Below are positions 60,753 through 64,000 of a DNA stretch of 64,000 nucleotides, one piece after another. Made by a program: the position numbers and the translations under genes. Numbering within the stretch: position 1 is the stretch's first letter; each line of letters begins with the position of its first letter. The stretch spans positions 620,001 through 684,000 of the forward strand of contig JBNJNM010000015.1 in the NCBI GenBank assembly GCA_052426225.1, read 5' to 3'. The stretch comes from Zancudomyces culisetae HAW-14-8. Lineage: Eukaryota > Fungi > Kickxellomycota. The notes below the pieces were generated by a model, which made no database searches, was not told where the DNA came from, and was given only the letters and a program-made list of their open reading frames with translations.

Positions 60753-62507
60753 ATGAACTGGCAAAATCTTCAAGATGGTGGAGATTTGGGAAGCAGAGGG
60801 CTTCAGCCCGGACAGGGATCGGGCACTGATATACTGGAAGCGTTGTTTCGGTTTTCTGGATTGGAGTATATGGTGGGTGATTCAAGGGGAGTAAAAAACA
60901 GAATTGCAAAACCACCATCACCTCCAATAGATTTGAATCCAGTATCACTGTTTGATCGAGGTGCAGATCTCGAGGAATTTAAAATGAACAACAGACAATG
61001 TAATAGTAGTGTTAATGGTATTAATAGCAATGTTGACAAAAATACAGCAGAAAAGGAGGCAGAAATGCTATTCGAAATGTGTAAAACATACAACAACAAG
61101 ATAATGACAGAAAAGGGAGGGCTCTTTAACAACAATGAGGAGGAATACTTGAAAGGGTTTTTAGATAATTTAGAAACTGACATGTTTGATTTTAACAGTA
61201 GCAAAGTAGGGTTGGGAGGCGACCATACGGGACTTAAGAATTCATACCCAGGTGATGGTGTGGTTTCAGCATCAAATCGAAGCGGGCAGATGGGGTTATA
61301 CAAAAATTCTATCTTGAGTGAAGGGCAAAAGGTTAACAAAGCTCTATCTACAGGGTACGAAACGCTCCTCGAGTCGCGGAATAATCAATTTGGAAACGTA
61401 AATGCATTTGACAGTAACATTATGGGGTTGGATTTGGATACAAAGAGCCGGTTTGGACTTGCAGACATAGTTTCGACAAAGAACATAGACAGTGTGGAGC
61501 TTCCAAGATTCAATGAGCTTGGGGGAAAGAGCCTAAAAGTTGTAGATTGGATAGCCAACAACCAGGAGTACATAAACCAAAATTCAGGGCTCGCATCATC
61601 CAACCACAGTGATAACCACAACCATAACCATAACCATGACCACAATAACGGGCATGATCATGGCCACAATCAGGCAATGTCAGCATCAAGTGGGGTATTT
61701 GATTTATCTAGTGGAGCAAAGAATAACGCAGAAATTCCAATTCTTCATACACTAGCGAGAACTATGTTGTCAATTGACAAGACACGTTCTCGGCTGACAT
61801 CCAAGCGTTCTAAAAAGCAGGCAGCGATGGACATTTCAAGACCAATGGCGACACAGACTATTTTGACTGAGCACAAGCCATCGATGCTGAATTTCAACGA
61901 TATCAACATGACCAATCGGCTAGAGCCTATGGTTGTTCCCCGGGTTACTACACATCAAAACAAACCTTCCAAGCGGAAATCCTCACTTACTTTGTCTCCA
62001 AGCAAAAGGCAAAAAATATCAGCTCCACCCACTCAAGCCTCTTCTATCGCATTCCAATATCCCATCAGCAGCAGCAGCAATAACAACAGTAACAATACTG
62101 GCAGCAATCATAGTAATAATATCCGCAATAACACTGCCAGTAGTATTGCGTCTTCTATGGCTGCACACTACGATATACAGTCTGGAAGAGGCGTGGTTGA
62201 TTCTACATCGTCAACACCGCCCCTTATAAACTCTACCAATAGTTCTCGGCCCACAAAGTCGCGTGAGATTTTGTCAAAGGACGAAAAGCGTATAAACCAC
62301 ATTGCGTCTGAACGTCGGCGTCGGGGTTTGATTAAGCAGAGTTTTTCGGAGCTAACTTCGATTGTTTACGATCCTAGTACGAGAAAGGTTGAGAACAGCA
62401 GAAGAACCAAACCAAGCAAATCGACAATTATAATGTGTGCTGTTGAGTATATCAACAACATCAAATCAGAGATTGACATGCTAAAGTCAAAACTGGATTC
62501 CATGTAA
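60753..62507 (+). CDS. bHLH transcription factor, Ino2/Ino4-like C-terminal bHLH-zip
   Basis: LSKDEKRINHIASERRRRGLIKQSFSELTSIV...SKSTIIMCAVEYI; His-rich tract near 61600-61670. Confidence 0.9.
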   Translation: MNWQNLQDGGDLGSRGLQPGQGSGTDILEALFRFSGLEYMVGDSRGVKNRIAKPPSPPIDLNPVSLFDRGADLEEFKMNNRQCNSSVNGINSNVDKNTAEKEAEMLFEMCKTYNNKIMTEKGGLFNNNEEEYLKGFLDNLETDMFDFNSSKVGLGGDHTGLKNSYPGDGVVSASNRSGQMGLYKNSILSEGQKVNKALSTGYETLLESRNNQFGNVNAFDSNIMGLDLDTKSRFGLADIVSTKNIDSVELPRFNELGGKSLKVVDWIANNQEYINQNSGLASSNHSDNHNHNHNHDHNNGHDHGHNQAMSASSGVFDLSSGAKNNAEIPILHTLARTMLSIDKTRSRLTSKRSKKQAAMDISRPMATQTILTEHKPSMLNFNDINMTNRLEPMVVPRVTTHQNKPSKRKSSLTLSPSKRQKISAPPTQASSIAFQYPISSSSNNNSNNTGSNHSNNIRNNTASSIASSMAAHYDIQSGRGVVDSTSSTPPLINSTNSSRPTKSREILSKDEKRINHIASERRRRGLIKQSFSELTSIVYDPSTRKVENSRRTKPSKSTIIMCAVEYINNIKSEIDMLKSKLDSM

Positions 62508-63433
62508 TATTCTACATTATCTTTTATCATTTATACCATCATGCTTTTTTTTCTCTTCCCGTTTTCCATTCATTTTTATTCAAGAAAGGGAAAAAGGGGG
62601 GGAATGAAAGAAAACAAATTGTTACAAGTTAAGCTATCAACCAACTTTTAATAATACCTGCTTTAGTAGTGTTACATTGCTATTTGCTATTCTACTGATT
62701 TTATTTCAAAACTCATTACATATTAGCATATGTATTAACTTATTTACAAGAAAATAAAACATTTTCATTTTAATTTGGCTCAGAGTTTTTTTATTTATTT
62801 TTACCATTTCGATGCATATTGTTGCCTTTTGGGAATTAATGAATCTTTATTCTAAATTGATCATTATTCACACTTTATTCACACATGCATCCATTTCTCA
62901 TTTAGGAATGGGTAAACCCTATTTATACAAAAAAAGAAAGAAAGAAAGACAAGTTTACTTTTGCAGGTGATATTTTCATAGCATTGATTTAAATGGTGGT
63001 GGTAAGTCGTTTTCCTAATAGTACCTTACTCCAAGGTTAATGTAGTTCTGCATTGGTTATTATTTGTATCTTTTGGTTTATTATTTTATCACATTGCTTT
63101 ATAGTGATATAGAGACACTAAATAGTATTCGACAAGTTTATTTTTACTAATAATACTTGGATTAAGGTATGCCAATTTACTTTTACATACCAACTAAACG
63201 AGAGTTATAAAAAGGGATAAAGATAATGATACAAGTAAGCTATCCTTTGTATTATAAAGATTTGATCATCAGGAGCGTGATGGATGATGAGTGATGGGCA
63301 AGGATTTGGAAAGAGGAAAGAGGAAAAGCTATTAAAACTAAATGCATAATCAACTCTTGGTAATATCTGAGGAAAAGAAAAATAAGTAAATAATGAAGAT
63401 ATTGGATGAATCCAACAGTCTGCAAGTAGAGCT

Positions 63434-63476
63434 GATGTGCGATGAGGTGAGGTGCGATGAGGTGCGATGAGATGAG
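63434..63476. repeat. Short tandem repeat (GTGCGATGAG)-like
   Basis: gatgtgcgatgaggtgaggtgcgatgaggtgcgatgagatgag read directly. Confidence 0.7.
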
Positions 63477-64000
63477 AACATGTTACTTGGGAGTCCGAGA
63501 GTTTTCGAGTTTACGATGAATATAAAAAAATATATATTCTTACAAATCTAGTGTATTAAAGAACATAATGAGTGAAAGTTCAAAAAGAAAATAAAAGAGG
63601 CAAGAGAGGATATGATTGATAAACCGATTATAACTAATGATTATGATAATAATGGTGATGGATGAACACTATGAGTGAATGATTGAGTTTTTTTAGTATA
63701 TACTTTTTTTTTCTTTTTTTTTCTTCTTCAATTGAACTTGGGTGTTATTTCTATTTTGATTCTTGAAAATGTATAAAAATCGTTTATAAATAAATACAAA
63801 GAAAACGAAAAAAAAAAGTAATTGCCATTTTTTGATTAGGAAAACCAATTGAAATGTTACAAATGTTGAATATGTTTAAATTCCAAAAAATAAAATAAAA
63901 TAATATAATATAAAAAATTTAAAAGTGACAAAGCTAAAAAAGAAAAAGATATAGAGCCAGAATAATAAAGGTAGTGAAAGGTTTCTTTACATCAATACTA

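Overview
AT-rich eukaryotic DNA with short spliceosomal introns, standard genetic code, fungal gene content. An early-diverging lineage such as Harpellales/Kickxellomycotina is my inference from composition and gene families, not something the window proves. Housekeeping and regulatory genes: two GATA factors, MTR10, an Rsm1/NIPA-like C3HC protein, an SDR, ACY1, a RanBP1-domain protein, NFS1, UBC7, an SRR1-domain protein, a LAG1-type ceramide synthase, CUL3, ORC6, a CAF120-like PH protein and an Ino2/4-like bHLH. Between about 12.2 and 30.1 kb lies an intronless accessory block: a secreted 4xLysM-GH18 chitinase, three F-box-like/ankyrin paralogues (one intact, one truncated, one split by a single nonsense codon), a 131-aa metallothionein-like protein and a probably GPI-anchored, catalytically dead trypsin homologue. 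The block is punctuated by four copies of a non-coding element whose best copy folds like an H/ACA RNA. Other notable points: an apparently obligatory AT-AC intron with a U2-type donor in the Rsm1-like gene, convergent UBC7/SRR1 stop codons sharing one CTAG, a 540-bp gene-conversion-like tract, and an unidentified hairpin-rich stretch at 44.8-45.1 kb. All exon boundaries and alignments were done by eye.
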